Shown here: positions 1-13,085 of the stretch, one piece after another | Layout of the letters: the number at the start of each line of letters is the position of its first letter | How positions within the stretch are numbered: the stretch's first letter is position 1 | Source: Takakia lepidozioides | Lineage: Eukaryota > Plantae > Bryophyta | NCBI GenBank assembly: GCA_030704615.1 | Contig: CM060731.1 | Coordinates: forward strand, 41,106,001-41,170,000 | DNA: 64,000 bases | Direction: 5' to 3' | Made by a program: the position numbers and the translations under genes | The notes under the pieces: generated by a model | What the model saw: the letters and a program-made list of their open reading frames with translations, nothing else | What the model was told of the DNA's origin: nothing | The model's database searches: none

Positions 1-3000
1 GCGCTTTGGCAGGAGTTCCTATCAGTGATTCTCTGAATTTCCGCAGTTTGCAGCCCAAGAGCACCATCATCAGCAGTAAATAATCTTACGTCATTTGCGT
101 CCCTTTGATCTCCCGAGGAAGAACCCCTCAAGCTCAAGTTTGTTGCAGCTGGCTTAAATGAATTATTTTGAGGAGACAACAAAGCATGGATACCATCTTC
201 ACTTATTGTCGCTGGTGACCTGTCTGTGATCCCCTTGATGGTCACAAGCTGTTCCTTGGTATCACTATCCTTGAGAGGTGGAGTAATGACCGAATTTCCG
301 TCCATCTGTGACATCTCCTTCCCAATTCGTATTCCTGTCACTATGGCTGCTGAAGATGCTAGGTCACCTGTTAGTGCATTGATGTGCAGTGCTCCATCTG
401 CAACGTGTACTGAATCAAACACGCCCTGCAGCTTTTTTAGAGAGCGATTTACTTTGTTAATTTTTCGTGATGGCCACCTCGAGATCCCGTGTTGCCGGCA
501 AATCCTTTTGAGTGTTGTTGGGCACACTGCATCAGACCGCGGATGTGGGACCACCTTAGTACTCCCAGTCACTGGATATGTCCAGAAATAACAGAGTTGT
601 GCAAAAAATTGCATGAGGCTCTTAGGATGGCTGCAGGATGTTGAACAAGGTGAACTAAGTTCTATTTTGCTCCATTTAGGTTAAGGCAGTTGCATGCCGA
701 ACAGCTGCAAAGCTGTCCCTCCAAGAATTCCTGATCTGTAACAATCTCAAGATGTGGACGCAGCTAAATTCTTTATCACGGCAAGCATTTTTTCATTAGC
801 AAGTCTTAAGTAAAGTAAATTCCTACCTATGGATCTCTGGCTCTCATGCACTTTGGGTTCCAAACATCAAAGTCAGGAAAGGGAATCTTAGGGGCAAACC
901 TCCAAGGTTCTTTGCAGCATTCTTCAGGCTGCCAGTGAAGTACTTTTGAAGCATATCGAGACCAATTGTCTTCTCAGTTGTCCCTCGCCTCCTGTCTAGC
1001 CTTTGCCTATGATTTCTGGCATCCTTCTCCAATGCAACCCCTGCCACAGAAGTTGTACCAGCAACCCCTTCTTCCATTATGCCTCTCTCGAATGATGTGG
1101 ACAGCTGCGGCTGCAATGGCGTCTCCGGTTGCTGTTGTAAAGTTTGTCGTACTTCTTTCTGACCTGGTGCTGATTGGGTTGCACCATCCTGAGTCATAAA
1201 AGGGTTGGTTGGATAGAAACCACCTACACATGAGGCATTGGTTGTGTCTCTGTCCACAGCATCAACGCACTTTGACAAGTTACTCTCAGCTTCTGAATAT
1301 TCCTCGAGGACAGCAGCTGCCCTTTCTTCCTCCAGCTCCGTGTCAGTAACTGTGCGCAAGCTTCTACAGACATGCTGCATTGTGATGGAGAGGGAATTCA
1401 ACATCACTTGCTGGACATCGCTTTCAGTGCAAGTTGGCGGTAGGAAAAACTCCAGGACAAAGTCATCACTGCCAGAGTGAGTGCTTCTAAGCCGAATGGC
1501 AACAGCTGCAGCTAGGCCAAACCACTGTGCATAATGTGCAAGTGGATACTCGATCTTGGTATAATTCTTCACATCCCTTTCAAAAAAAGGCAGGTTGGAA
1601 TCAAATGCCTTGCCTGGCACCCCCTGTCCCTTCTCTAGAGAATGCTCTAGACATGCATACCGGAATCCCCACATGTTGGAAGCATCTCCAACATAGCAGG
1701 GGCCATCTCCTGTACGAAGCCTCGTTCTGCAGCTACTATGGCTAAAGCAGTTGCTCCTGCAGGCACTCATGCTGTTGTTTTCGAACCTAACCCTCTTACT
1801 CCCATTTATTGTTATGGCATCCATCTCAAAATGGGTGCCAGGCACCCAAGTCTGAGCAAATGGCAATTTATGAGTCTCACACACAGCTGTCAACACCTGT
1901 GCAATCTCCGCCAATGCAGCTTCGCGGCCCTGTGTGCACATCTGATGCATCGGACACATTAATTAGCACAGAATAACTTACAACTAACTAATTTTCAGCA
2001 CACGGGATTCCCTCGCGGGCTTGGTCTAGACTCTAGAACCATTGCACAGGTGCAAGCTCTTTCTCCTCAGGACAAAAAGCTTTTCAACACTCTGTGCCTC
2101 CTTTTAAGCATTTTGCATCCCTCTGAAAGTGGCTTTCCTCTGTCCAAGAGATTATCTGTCTGCTAACAAGGTCAGGGCAAGCCCAAAGCCTTCATTTCCC
2201 TCTCTGGCTGCCTCCGCATATCCTCAGTTCTTTTCATTTCCTCAAATAGTGGCCCATCGAACGAATTTCGATTGATCTCATATTACACTGGGACCTATCA
2301 GAGGGTACATTGAACACACTGGCCAAGTAGCCTTCAGGAATAGGTGCAAGTAGACTTACGTCTGCAACCAGAAGAGTCTGCAACCAGCATAGTGGTAAAT
2401 GGTCCACTACTCCCTCTATTGGTTAAAGCCGATGCTAACGTGGCCGTGTGATATCGTGGTTCACGGCCCTTCTGCATTTTTGACACCGCTATCATCCAAA
2501 AATTTCATTCGAAAACATCTTCTACCATCAGCACACCAAAACATGGTAGCTAAAAACCATACAGTTTTGCTGTATACCTGTGGTGCGGGAGATTCCAATC
2601 CGTCAGAGCATGCCAAATTTACACTCTGTAAACACAGAGTAAAACCTTGGAATCAGCAAAATATTCCTGTCAGCTTATACACCATGTAAAGAAAATACTT
2701 GTTACTGCTGTAGAGCTTGACAAATGTGGGGAGAGAGAGAGAGAGAGAGAGCCCTGGGTGTCATTTAGAATGTTTGTAAAACCATGTTCCACGACCATAA
2801 CACAACAAGATGCAGCCAGAGCACGCTGACTGCACTTCAACAAAGAACTTATCATGGACACAGACTACTGAAAAGTTACAATGGATGACTTGTTCTTTGT
2901 AACAGCCTTCCCTGGACAGTCCTTTCCAAAGAACACATGCTATGAACTGCCACGAAGATCCTTGGGTAACCTTGACTACACTGCAAAGTTGATCATGTGT

Positions 3001-4418
3001 ATGATCTGTGATTCCATAACCTCCAGTCACAGTCAATTCACTTCTTCTACAAATTTAGGGAGGACCCAGAATTTATTCTTGGCAAGACATTGACAAACCT
3101 TCAGAGCCCGGCAGATTATGTCGATTTCAGGACCATACTGGACTTTTTCAGCCCTCATAATCAACTCAACAACAGCCAGACATTTGCGCGAGGCAGGTTC
3201 AAACACGGGAACTGCAACAGAACCACGAACATCACACTTTTGGGCTTCTTTAACCCGTACATATTCCTTATTGCTGTAGAATTGCACATTTGGCGACCAT
3301 TCAGGAACCTGCTGCAGAAAGACGCGGCTAGGAAGGCCAAATACCCCATCTGAACCATAGTCTCCAGAGAAAGTATAATTTTCGGAAAGCCTGCGATAGA
3401 GGGAAAGCCGGTCAGTCTTCTGACCCAGTACATATGGCTGCTCTCGCGTTGTAAGCAAGACCTTGCCACCTTGAATCAGTGGCATCCAAACCTGAACTAG
3501 AACATCCACGCGAGAACGGCCAATAAACCTCAAGGCCTGCGCCATTCTTTCCCGCAAAGCCGATGACGCCACCACCTCACGGATTCCCTTACTAAACTTG
3601 TCTGCACTGCTTTTACATTTACTCTGTTGCTCATATGCTTTCGACTCAACTTGAAAGTCCCCGCTGACAGGAGAACGCAATTTTGACAAATCATAATCTA
3701 CCAAGTCTCCGTTTTCCAATCCTTCACCCACAGCAGCACCTCCACCGGACCTCGCATCTGAATGCAGAATACAGCTACCTGTAACCTGTAATCTTGAGTC
3801 CCCACTAAAGTTCACAGGTCTCTCCACTTCATATGACAAGCTTCTTAGTCCAGCAGTTTCCCCCTCACAGTTCCCCCCTCTAACACCTACCATGGCAGAC
3901 CGTGGGGCACCTGCTATCTTCTGAGAATCGAGACTTTGTGAATAGTTTGCCACGCCATCTCTACAGCTGGGGTTTAACGCTGTCGCCGGGATGAATGCTT
4001 CAGATGTCAGAGGCTCGGAACAACCAACTGCCTGCAGTGCCGGCTCCGTTGGTCTGCAAGCTGCAGACGGTTGAGCCACGGAATCGTGTAGAAATAGAGA
4101 CTCTGCTGGCAATGGCCGGGACACCACTGGCCATAAAGTTTTGGCTTGAGATAAAACAGGCGGCGAGACACCTGCCTGAGAATTGGCTGGGGAAAGCGCA
4201 ATCGAGTCTAAGTAGCCAGGGGAGAAAAGAGGAGGGAAGTCAGTGTAGGAAGAACCCAAACCGCCTTGACTTGGATCGCCTATCTGCTCACACAACTGCT
4301 CGAAATCCATAAGCTCAGACAGCAGGGAATCATCAACTGAAAACATAGACTCTCCCGACTCTCCCAGTTCCGAAATCCGCCGTGATGCCTGTACACGCTC
4401 AGCGGGTTGACGGTCCAT
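1..4418 (-). CDS. NLP: NIN-like protein (NLP), RWP-RK transcription factor; 4 exons visible (4418-3099, 2625-2578, 1941-900, 526-<1), 3' end outside the window
   Basis: GAF-like N-terminal motifs ([61 protein letters not shown]). The RWP-RK domain is rebuilt across a GT-AG intron: [17 protein letters not shown]|[31 protein letters not shown] 48-nt exon ([16 protein letters not shown]) has canonical splice sites and all junctions are in phase. First in-frame ATG is at 4418. Confidence 0.95.
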
Positions 4419-5819
4419 TCTCAAAACCTGTGAGCTCCCTCTTGCATCCCCAAAATTCAGAGTTTGCTGCAACTACATAGCCCTGATCTACACCACTGTC
4501 GAAGCCAGTGCTTGCAACTACCCTTCCTCCCCGCCTGCCTTCCTACCCACTTCATCTTCCTTCCTTGATTCCTTCCAAGTTCCTTGCTTGCTTGCTTGCT
4601 AGTGTGAACTGCATCTGCTGCCAAGCAAGCGAGGCTTCACTGTGCGGGGGCGAGGAGGCAAGCGCTGCAGCATTGGCCCGGCGGCATCGATAATGGTAAT
4701 AAATATTTACCGTCATATGGTAATATACTCGTTAACCGCAGGCGGTGGATGGACGCGCGTGGATGAAATAAGTCGAAAGTGATGGCGGCACGTGGGCAGC
4801 GCTCCAAGTTTGTTGGGCAACGTCAGCCGCATCGCCGCGTACTTTTGGCCACTTCACTCGCATCGCCGGTTTTTGTTTGCCACGTCACCGGTTCTCGTGC
4901 TGATCACGTTTTCTTTTCTTTTCTTTCGTTTTCTTTTCTCTTTTGTTTTGGCTTTGAACTTTCCTGACTGAGTGCCGCAGTGAGTTGAATGCAATCTTTT
5001 GGGAGCAGCTTTGCAATTCATGTCGTTGGGATGTTTCACTGGAAAGTGCGTGATCCTTTCTGTACCGCATCTGGGTCTGCAAGGTTGGATTCGTGAAAGA
5101 TAGAATGTGCGAGGATTGGAACAGGAAAGCAGTGAGCAGCAGATTGGATACGATATGACAAAAGCTGACAGCGATTGAGCTTCGGACATGTCCACCTTAC
5201 CCTCCCACTAACTAGTAAGCACGCCTGCAACCTTGCAACTCTGTTGGCTACCCACATACGCTCTGTTAGAGTACAGCTGAGGTACAAACTTACAAACTTT
5301 GGACCTCAAGAGCTCATATTCATATTCATGACAATAATAATATCCTAATGATATATGGCGTCTCCTGAAGGAAGCGTAAATTATGGTGTGTCTTGACTCC
5401 TAAGGGCTACTGCCTTCCAGCGGGGAGGTGGACGTGGAAGGGTGGAAACCTTTGTGACACCAATTGGTAGATTGAACCCACAACCTCTTCCCAGGTGGTA
5501 TGTGCCGTTGACCACTGGGCTACGACTTGGTTGTCTCAAGCAACAATGTTTATGTTGTTGATGCCTCCAGAAGGAAGCATAAAAATGATGATAGATAGTG
5601 TTTGGGTTCTCTTGTGCTGATGTTGGGTGTCCTGTATGTTTTCCAAAAGAGAGATGAGCTAGCAAGCCACAATGGTTGAAGGGTAACTTGCTTTATCACT
5701 TCTCTCCAAGTGCACTCTTGGTCTCTCTTTCACAATTGGTAGTGTAATAGGACTAGTGTTGGGCAGGTATTAGTTTTCTTTTTTTTAATTTTTTTTAATA
5801 TTGAAAAGAAACACCTAGG

Positions 5820-6300
5820 AGCACCAGCTGAGAGATCAGGCCCCTTAATTATAGTGAGAGGAGACAACCCAGTTGTAGCCCAGTAATGGGCAAATACCAC
5901 CTCAGAAGTGGTTCTGGGTTCAATCCACCAATTGGTGTCACAAAGGTGTCCACCTTTTTGTAAGAGGCCAGGTCCTTTGGGGTCATGAGAAACCATAATT
6001 TACACTTCCTTCTATAGGTATATGGTTAGTGATAGGGCCCACCCCCAAAAGGGGGAGTAGCCCTAAGGCAAAGTGGATCTTAGTTACGCCGGCTTCGGCC
6101 GGAGTCTTCTCTCTATAGTTAGTGAGAGGAGAAAATAACCTCTTTCACAATAACATGGCCGTGAAAGCTTGTTGATGGGACACCACCCAAGGGATGGGAG
6201 AGAAGAACATACCACACCCAACAATGTAACAGGATTTGACCCCATAATCATCTTGGTGGCACTCGGTGTACTATCCAACTGAACTACTGATTGGTGGTGT
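5820..6300. repeat. Interspersed repeat with tRNA-like A/B-box-type motifs (SINE/MITE-like); related copy at ~25670-25850
   Basis: Shared string (cccctta)..tatagtgagaggaga(aaataac) at ~5841, ~6115 and ~25673. gttgtagcccagt...gggttcaatccc resembles a tRNA-derived head. Boundaries not resolved. Confidence 0.4.
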
Positions 6301-6354
6301 ATTACTTTTATGATACTTGGGGTCCGGTTGGTTGGCTCTCATTTTAGATTAATT

Positions 6355-6841
6355 GGGTCTTTCAGTCTAAGACGTGTAGGCCAGGCAGTGGGCCCATGCA
6401 AGGACATTGGGCGGGCCGCAACCACCTGGCGGGTCCACTCGGTGGTGGTCGGGTCTACCCGGCGGACTAGTCGCAGGTAGGGTCTACTCAATTCCAATTG
6501 TAGGGTCTACTCGTGGGGTCCGGGTCTATAGGCTGCGTGCTGCAACCCGCCTCGTGGGGTCCACTCACGGTGCCGCCCGCACCCAACCACCACATTACCT
6601 ACTACTTGCTACTATACCCTCAAGTTTTTAATTACTTATCCAGATAAAAAGCATGGAGTCAGCCCCACCATGGCCTACAAGGGTGGACCCACCTTTGCAG
6701 TGGGATCTAATGTATCCACTGCATTGCACCCAGGCATACTAGGGCCAGTAGACCCTACCGCATTGGACCCAGTTCGGGGAGGGGTCGCGAGGGGGCCACC
6801 CCAAACCACCCCGCCGCCCGTATTAGCCGGCTTTAAGACCC
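6355..6841. mobile_element. Putative MITE (~490 bp) with GGGTCTT...AAGACCC termini
   Basis: ttaattgggtctt at 6349 and aagacccaattaa ending at 6847 are exact inverted copies. AATT flanks both ends (possible 4-bp TSD). Internal gggtccac/gggtctac motifs are mirrored on the two arms. Confidence 0.5.
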
Positions 6842-7087
6842 AATTAACTTTCAATGAGAAGCGGTCCGGTTTGGGCATTAAATTTTGAAATACCAGATAT
6901 CGGCCAGTATTTGGATTATATCTAATCTGGGTAATTGGGAATGGATATCCGGGCAGGGGTGGATATTGATTTTTTCAGAATTTCCCATGTGCGGTATTAT
7001 CCCGCATAATATATGGATGGGCCACCTATGTATGCCCAAATTGGATTTTAATTTTATTAATTAAATATGTGTATCTAAAGGAAACAG

Positions 7088-7511
7088 TGTTTCAGGTCCT
7101 TGAGGGGGAAAACTAACCTTTTTCTGAGACAATCGGAGGCATACAGGGAAGTCCTGGCCTCAACCCATATGAAGGGATTGAACCCCAGGCCCGCAAGGCC
7201 AATAAGCCCCCCAAGTTTGCAGGGCCCGGTCCATTCTAGAGTGGTCCAGGAATTAAATAGGGGGGCTAATCTAATAAGGCCACGTGTATTAAGGAATGAA
7301 ATGAAGGGTCCTAAAATTAAGGATCCCAAGGCGTTAATCGGGAAGGTCAGAAAGACGAAGGCGTATGGCCCAGCCAATGGCGAGGGCGGGCTGGGCCGCT
7401 GGAACGTGCGAATAATGAGGGCAGGTGTAGGTCGATGCGTAGAAATAGCGGAAAGTTCTAGAAAAAACGGCGGGGTGGTGGCCTCTGGAAAGTTCGAGAA
7501 GTACCTGCGAT
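7088..7511. mobile_element. Left part of a probable solo LTR interrupted by the MULE
   Basis: Starts TGTTTC at 7088; the matching GAAACA ends at 25553. The g(a/g)aagttc motif recurs on both sides of the MULE insertion. TSD imperfect (acag/acaa). Confidence 0.4.
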
Positions 7512-8069
7512 GGGGGTTGCTATTCCATATGCACAGATTGCGTGCATGCATGCACAAAATCCCTTTATTATATATGCATGTGACAAATTTGTATGCACAC
7601 ATTGTAGATTGTATACAGTGGAGTTATATAACATAGAATATGACGTATTTATTGCATATGCAAATGTTACATCATATGTATATAGAAAAAAAAAATCTTA
7701 GCTAACAAAATCAGTAGTCAATGGTCAAAGATGCATGTGACCCTTAACTCCAACTAATGCACCACCTTACAATATCCCTGGCCAAAGTAATAGTTTGCAA
7801 ACTTGTATTCAAAGAAAACAGTTTCATATTAACCAAAATATGGACTTTTGTACTAACAAATGCATATGTGTCATGTTTGAGAAAAAATTAATTTGCAAAC
7901 TTGTATGACAGGTACACAAGTTCCATTTTAACCAAAATAGGAACTTTTGTACTAACAAATGCATATGTGTCATGTTTGGAATAAAGTAGTAACAAGATAA
8001 TTACATGTCACATGCATGAAAATGAACGGCACAAGTTAGAGGTTCTTTTTTTGTGCATTTCATGTGTCA

Positions 8070-10719
8070 CTAAGAAGTTGAACTAGGGTCCTTCTTTAGC
8101 ATAGCCCTAACCTCTAACTGACTAAGGGAAGGTTGGTGGATCTCATAAGCCCCGGCGCATCCTAGATGTGCGTTGTACATGAAGTACATGTGTTTACAGG
8201 GTAGATATGTTTGTTTTTTCTTCTTGACAGATAGCTCATCAAAGTCGGAACAATCACAAGATGGAAACTGACCAATGTATACATTGTAAACCAATCCTGC
8301 TCTGGTACATCCCTCTGTTTGTAGCTGATAAATTCTCCTATAACCTGGCTTAGGCACATTTATGAATCCACGAACCTCAGCAATAAGAGTCTCCGCTGAC
8401 TCTTGGCGACTCAAGTGTTGAGGAGTCGGATCCCGACGCCGAATGCTGTCTGCTGCAAAAGAGCTCGTGACATGCCATGCATGGTGGCATCATATAGATC
8501 CACCTTCATTTTTTTCCCATTGTCTGTTGTCTTCCACCAAGCAGAATGGACTGCCTCAGACAAATTAGTGGTAGGCATATCTGCATCTACCTCCACATCC
8601 ATGTCCTCTCTCATCCATTGGCCCCACATTCGATATCTGTAGTGCCACCATGCAAGCCATGAATCCAGTTTTGGCATACTCTTTTCTGTGCATGCTCCTG
8701 AAGAGAGTCACCAAGCCCGAATTGCAATGTATGTGGTTGTAGCATCCTCCAAGATAGCACTATCTTTCCATTCATAACAGAGCTGAGTGTGCCTTTCACG
8801 GAAGTCCTCCAAGATGTAGTCATTGGTGTGTCTTCGGAGGCTTTCAGCCCAATGATATAAACATGTTCTTTCTTTACCTTCCATTGGGACATTGGGATCA
8901 GATCCATAAACTATTCGAACAGCAGCCCAATTCACTCATGCTGCATCCGCCATGAAGCCAGCAAAATTTGGTTTGTTCAAGCCAGCAAGTTTTGCTTGTT
9001 CATTGATCCTCTCTCAGAATAACACTTGAGCATCTGCATCCTCTGTTTTCATATCGCAAATGGCAATGGTCATCATTCGCTTGACATATGGTTCATAGAC
9101 ATGACACGCAAGAGTTATCCAATCCTTGATGCGTTTGACATGGTCAAATACTACCCAACTTGTGCGTGGATCCCCCTCATTCATGCGACGCACAAGATCA
9201 ACACCACTCTCGGGACCAGCAACAGACATCTTGAAAACATGGGGGAGATGAGAAGTATGCTGGCCTGGAAGGAGATTGCTGTGAATGAAATGGTATATAC
9301 TCAGATGCTTCAACTCCAATATGGACATGATAGAATTGACACGTGCAGATGCGACCTTGTTTTTCACATTGGGGCTACAAACATGGGCAAACTCTTCAAG
9401 AATATCTTCCAAAGCCTCTCCGTCAAGACGTACTGTCTTTGTGCCATCAGCCACAATAACTCGATCAATCAAGAGCTTCTAGGCCATTGACAAGGAAATA
9501 GCTCCCGGGGTCGGCCATGGCTTCATCTTAACGTGCTCTTGAATCATGCTTGATGCATTTTCCGCAGCCTCTCTATTCTCGCCCTTGGCACATGGATGGT
9601 TATGAAACCCAACGTGAACTGCAACACGTGTATATGTTGGAAGGGAACTTGTGACATAGTACATTCTTGCCCCACAATGCGCCTCACAGAAAGGTCTTTC
9701 TTTGCAGAAACTACACTTGAACTGGTTGAATGGAACTTGGGCTCCTGCAATGAACACCTTGTCTGCATTGCCTTCCCAATAGCAGTCATTCCGTTCTCCT
9801 TCTTTCTTGACGAAGGGGCAAGTGCTGCTTTGACATATGAGCTTTCCAACACAAAGAACCTTACTACATTTCACATGACCTGGAACACCAGACATATTGT
9901 AGGTATTGGTCTTGCACCAAGGATGACCATCAAACTTGCGGTCCATGCCTTGGAAGGACTATGAACCACAGTCCGTACGTAGTTTGATCACGGGGGCGAG
10001 TTCGTGGATCACTTTTCCATCAAAAGCTCGAGGAAAACACTGAACACGATGCACTGGAATGTGATTATAGTCCAAGGTAGAAAGCTCTCATTTTGATCCA
10101 TTTCTCCTAGCAGTGGCCAAGATACTCAAAATGGACAGCACACCAGAAGGAAATGCAGATGTAGCCTCCCCTGCTAGTCATGGAGATGAAGATAAACCCT
10201 CACAGATTCGCAACAATCAGACGTGGTGTTGTCCAATGGAGTTTTCCGAGGCTTCATGTCGTGAAGCAAGACCGTATGAGTAGATGAGGAAGGTTGAGAT
10301 CCACCAAATACACTCTTAGAAACCTCAACACAATCCAAATTATGAGACCCCAAGCTCGCCGAATCTGTAACCTCATCCTTCAATTTACAACTCCCATTTG
10401 TTGTAGCTTGTTCGTTCTTCCTTGCAATAGAAGTGTGCCTTTCATCATGTAACTGTGTATAGCTCGTACCTGTGACACGGTACTTGGAGAAAGTGTCTGG
10501 AAACAACTCCCATTGCTTTTGGCCGTCATTGAAAATTGGAAGCAACACTGTGGAGGCATCATCATCTCCATCATCCTCCAAAAAAACTGAACCCGGAACA
10601 AGTTTGAATCTATTGCATAACCAAGGTTCTGGGATAATGCACTTGTTTCCATTGCAAAGATAACAAACCACTTTTGCATCAGGTGAACATGAAAGCAATG
10701 CATATTTTGGTGTAGACAT
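8070..10719 (-). pseudogene. MULE-family transposase pseudogene: GCM-like Zn domain + DDE core + C-terminal SWIM finger
   Basis: One frame from ~10170 to 8411 broken by six stops (10088, 9959, 9479, 9014, 8936, 8708). GCM-like region DGHPWCKT..CVGKLICQSSTCP..CSFC..CGARMYYV..HVGFHNHP. DDE motifs VFDHVK (D 9143), FMADAA (D 8945), CLYHW (CxxH), TTNLSEAVH (E 8555). SWIM finger CDCSDF..CKHMYF in a shifted frame at 8070-8414. Confidence 0.85.
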
Positions 10720-12049
10720 TCGGCAATGCCCTCAAAGTTTGAGAGGAGATGCAAAATGAACGAAAGCGCACATCTTGCAAGACCTTATGCAAATACATTA
10801 AATGGCTTACATTACTTATGTGTATCATCAATCCAGAAGGTCCAAATTTTTTGAGACATGTGCTCCATCCATATTACTCTCTGACATAAACAACTAAATG
10901 GACTATCCCCTATTTTTTAAGACGACAACGCCGTTGTTGAGATCTTAGAATCCAATGTACTGCCTTCTTCTTATGAGCATATGAAACATAAATGCTCTGC
11001 ATGTTTCCATTTATTATACAACCAATCGTTGATTAATCGTCCAACTATGAACTGATACACTAGATGGCACAATTTATTTACAATCAAATCCCATGACATG
11101 TATGTTGATTTGTTCTTTGATTACTCATGTATGAGTAATGAGTACAAGTATTTGTGGCGACAATTGACTCTAAAACCAATAAAGACACCCATAACAAAAT
11201 GTTCAGTTACTTTATCACTTACTTTATATTATATTATGAAGGCGCCGCCACAAAGTAACATATCAATCGTACAACCATCTTCTGAGGATCCACGTGTAAC
11301 CCATGTAGTCCATTAGTGTAATTGACAAAAATGTCTTGTTTTAAAACGTGTTTGAAAAAAACCTAGACAAATAGAATTAAAATTTTCAGGCTTGAGTCAA
11401 AAAACAAAAAGCACTAACGCTAGAGTGTATAAAAAAATGTTCACATTTCAGATTTGGCCAATTTGGCTTTTTTAAGGCCTTAGCCTTTCGCTAAGCCCTC
11501 TCGCCCCCCTTTCCCCCCGCTCTCCTTGGCGGGCACAAGTTTGAACCCGCAACCTAGTGGAAAATACACCACAACCTTACCACCAAGCCATGCTCTATTC
11601 AATGAAACAACCTCTACTTTTTTGTTAATAAATTGTTTCTATTCAGCTAAACTTGTTTCCATTACTACATGACTAACCCGGTATCATTACTACACTAACG
11701 TAGTCTAGTATACTTGCACATTAACCCTTGTCTTCCACTCCCCCAAACAAACACACACAAACTACACAAGCACTTAACACGTCTCTAGTCTCTACACCCT
11801 GGAGACTCCCGTTGCGAAGATGAGACGAAGGCGCCGCATCTCGGCCTTATACTATACCACCCCGAGGCAACGAGTTGTTGCGGCGATGGGGAGGAAGAAT
11901 GACACTCGAGGGGGAGGCGTTGCTGGTGGTGGTGGTGGTAGAGGCAAGCTGCGGACGGAGAAGGTAAGCTGCAGTTTTGTTTCGATTTCATGACCTGCAC
12001 TTAGGCATATGCGCCATCGCATAAGCCCCACCAAGCTGCTCCTAATCTA

Positions 12050-13085
12050 GCACCTCCGCCGGCGCAGATGCCTAAGTCACTTCAACTCTCACAAATTTGC
12101 GAATCTCCACACATACACACAACCGTCTCCGCCGGCGGAGACAGCTCATTCCCCTTGGTTTTTTCTGATGCTTGGAAGGGCTGGGCTGCCACCTCCGCCG
12201 GCGCATACCGTTGGAGCTGGGATGCTCACATGTTTCAGGAAGTGCTCCTCCACTCCCATCCCGTTTATTTTTTGCATGCTCATACGTTGCTGATGCTCCG
12301 AGCGGGTTGGGCTGGCGTATCCATCGGCGCATACCCGTATAGTAGGGCTGCTCAAATGTTTCAGGAAGTTCTCCCCTTTTCCATCTCCTTTGTTTTTCCG
12401 CATGCTCAAAAGTTGTTGATGCTCCAAGCGGACTGGGCTGGCATATCCGCCGGCGCATACCCATTGAGTACATTTTTTTTTGCTCAGCTCATAGGTTTCA
12501 GAAACCTCCTGCAAGCGTCTCCGCCGGTGGAGCTTGGTTTTTTTTGCATATTCCCTGTGTTACGGAAGCTCCAAAACGCCAAGACTGCCACCTCTATCAA
12601 CGCAGAGCCTTGGAGTAGGGCTGCTCACATATTTCAGGAAGTTCTCCTCCCCTTCCATCTCCTTTGTTTCTCCGCATTCTCATAAGTTGTTGATGCTCCG
12701 AGCGGGCTGGGCTGCCATATCCGCCGGCGCATACCCATTGAGCTTGGTTTTTTGTTGTATATTCCTTGTGTTACGTAAACTCCAAAGTGTCGAGGCTGCC
12801 ACCTCCGTCGACACAGACGCTTGGGGAACCTTCCCTATTTTGGTTGATCACAGTATTCAAGTATCTCAAAGCTTCTACGTTGCCACCTCCACAACTCCAC
12901 ATGCTTTCATAGGCCTGGTTTGATCTTTCAAGGTGCTCATGTATGTTTGGCTACAACCTCCCTTCCATGGTATGCGCCGGCGTATATGCTTAGAGCTCCT
13001 TGAGCAAAAAATTCTTCAAGGGCCTCAAAGCTTGTCAAATTCTGAGATGGTTGCACATATGTGTCATATGCGCCGGCGTAGGTGG
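12050..13085. repeat. Degenerate tandem array (~126-bp period in the core) built around the palindrome CGCCGGCG
   Basis: Perfect CGCCGGCG at 12057, 12130, 12196, 12448, 12722, 12975 and 13071; decayed variants at 12322 and 12522. Shared flanks gctccgagcgggctgggctg and tttcaggaagttctcc. Confidence 0.85.

Noticed and set aside
7075-7636. Overlapping 175/178-aa ORFs
   Set aside because: They cross the LTR/MULE junction and have no motifs; treated as spurious.
12068-12923. 205-aa and 129-aa ORFs in the array
   Set aside because: They are translations of the tandem repeat, with no recognisable domain.
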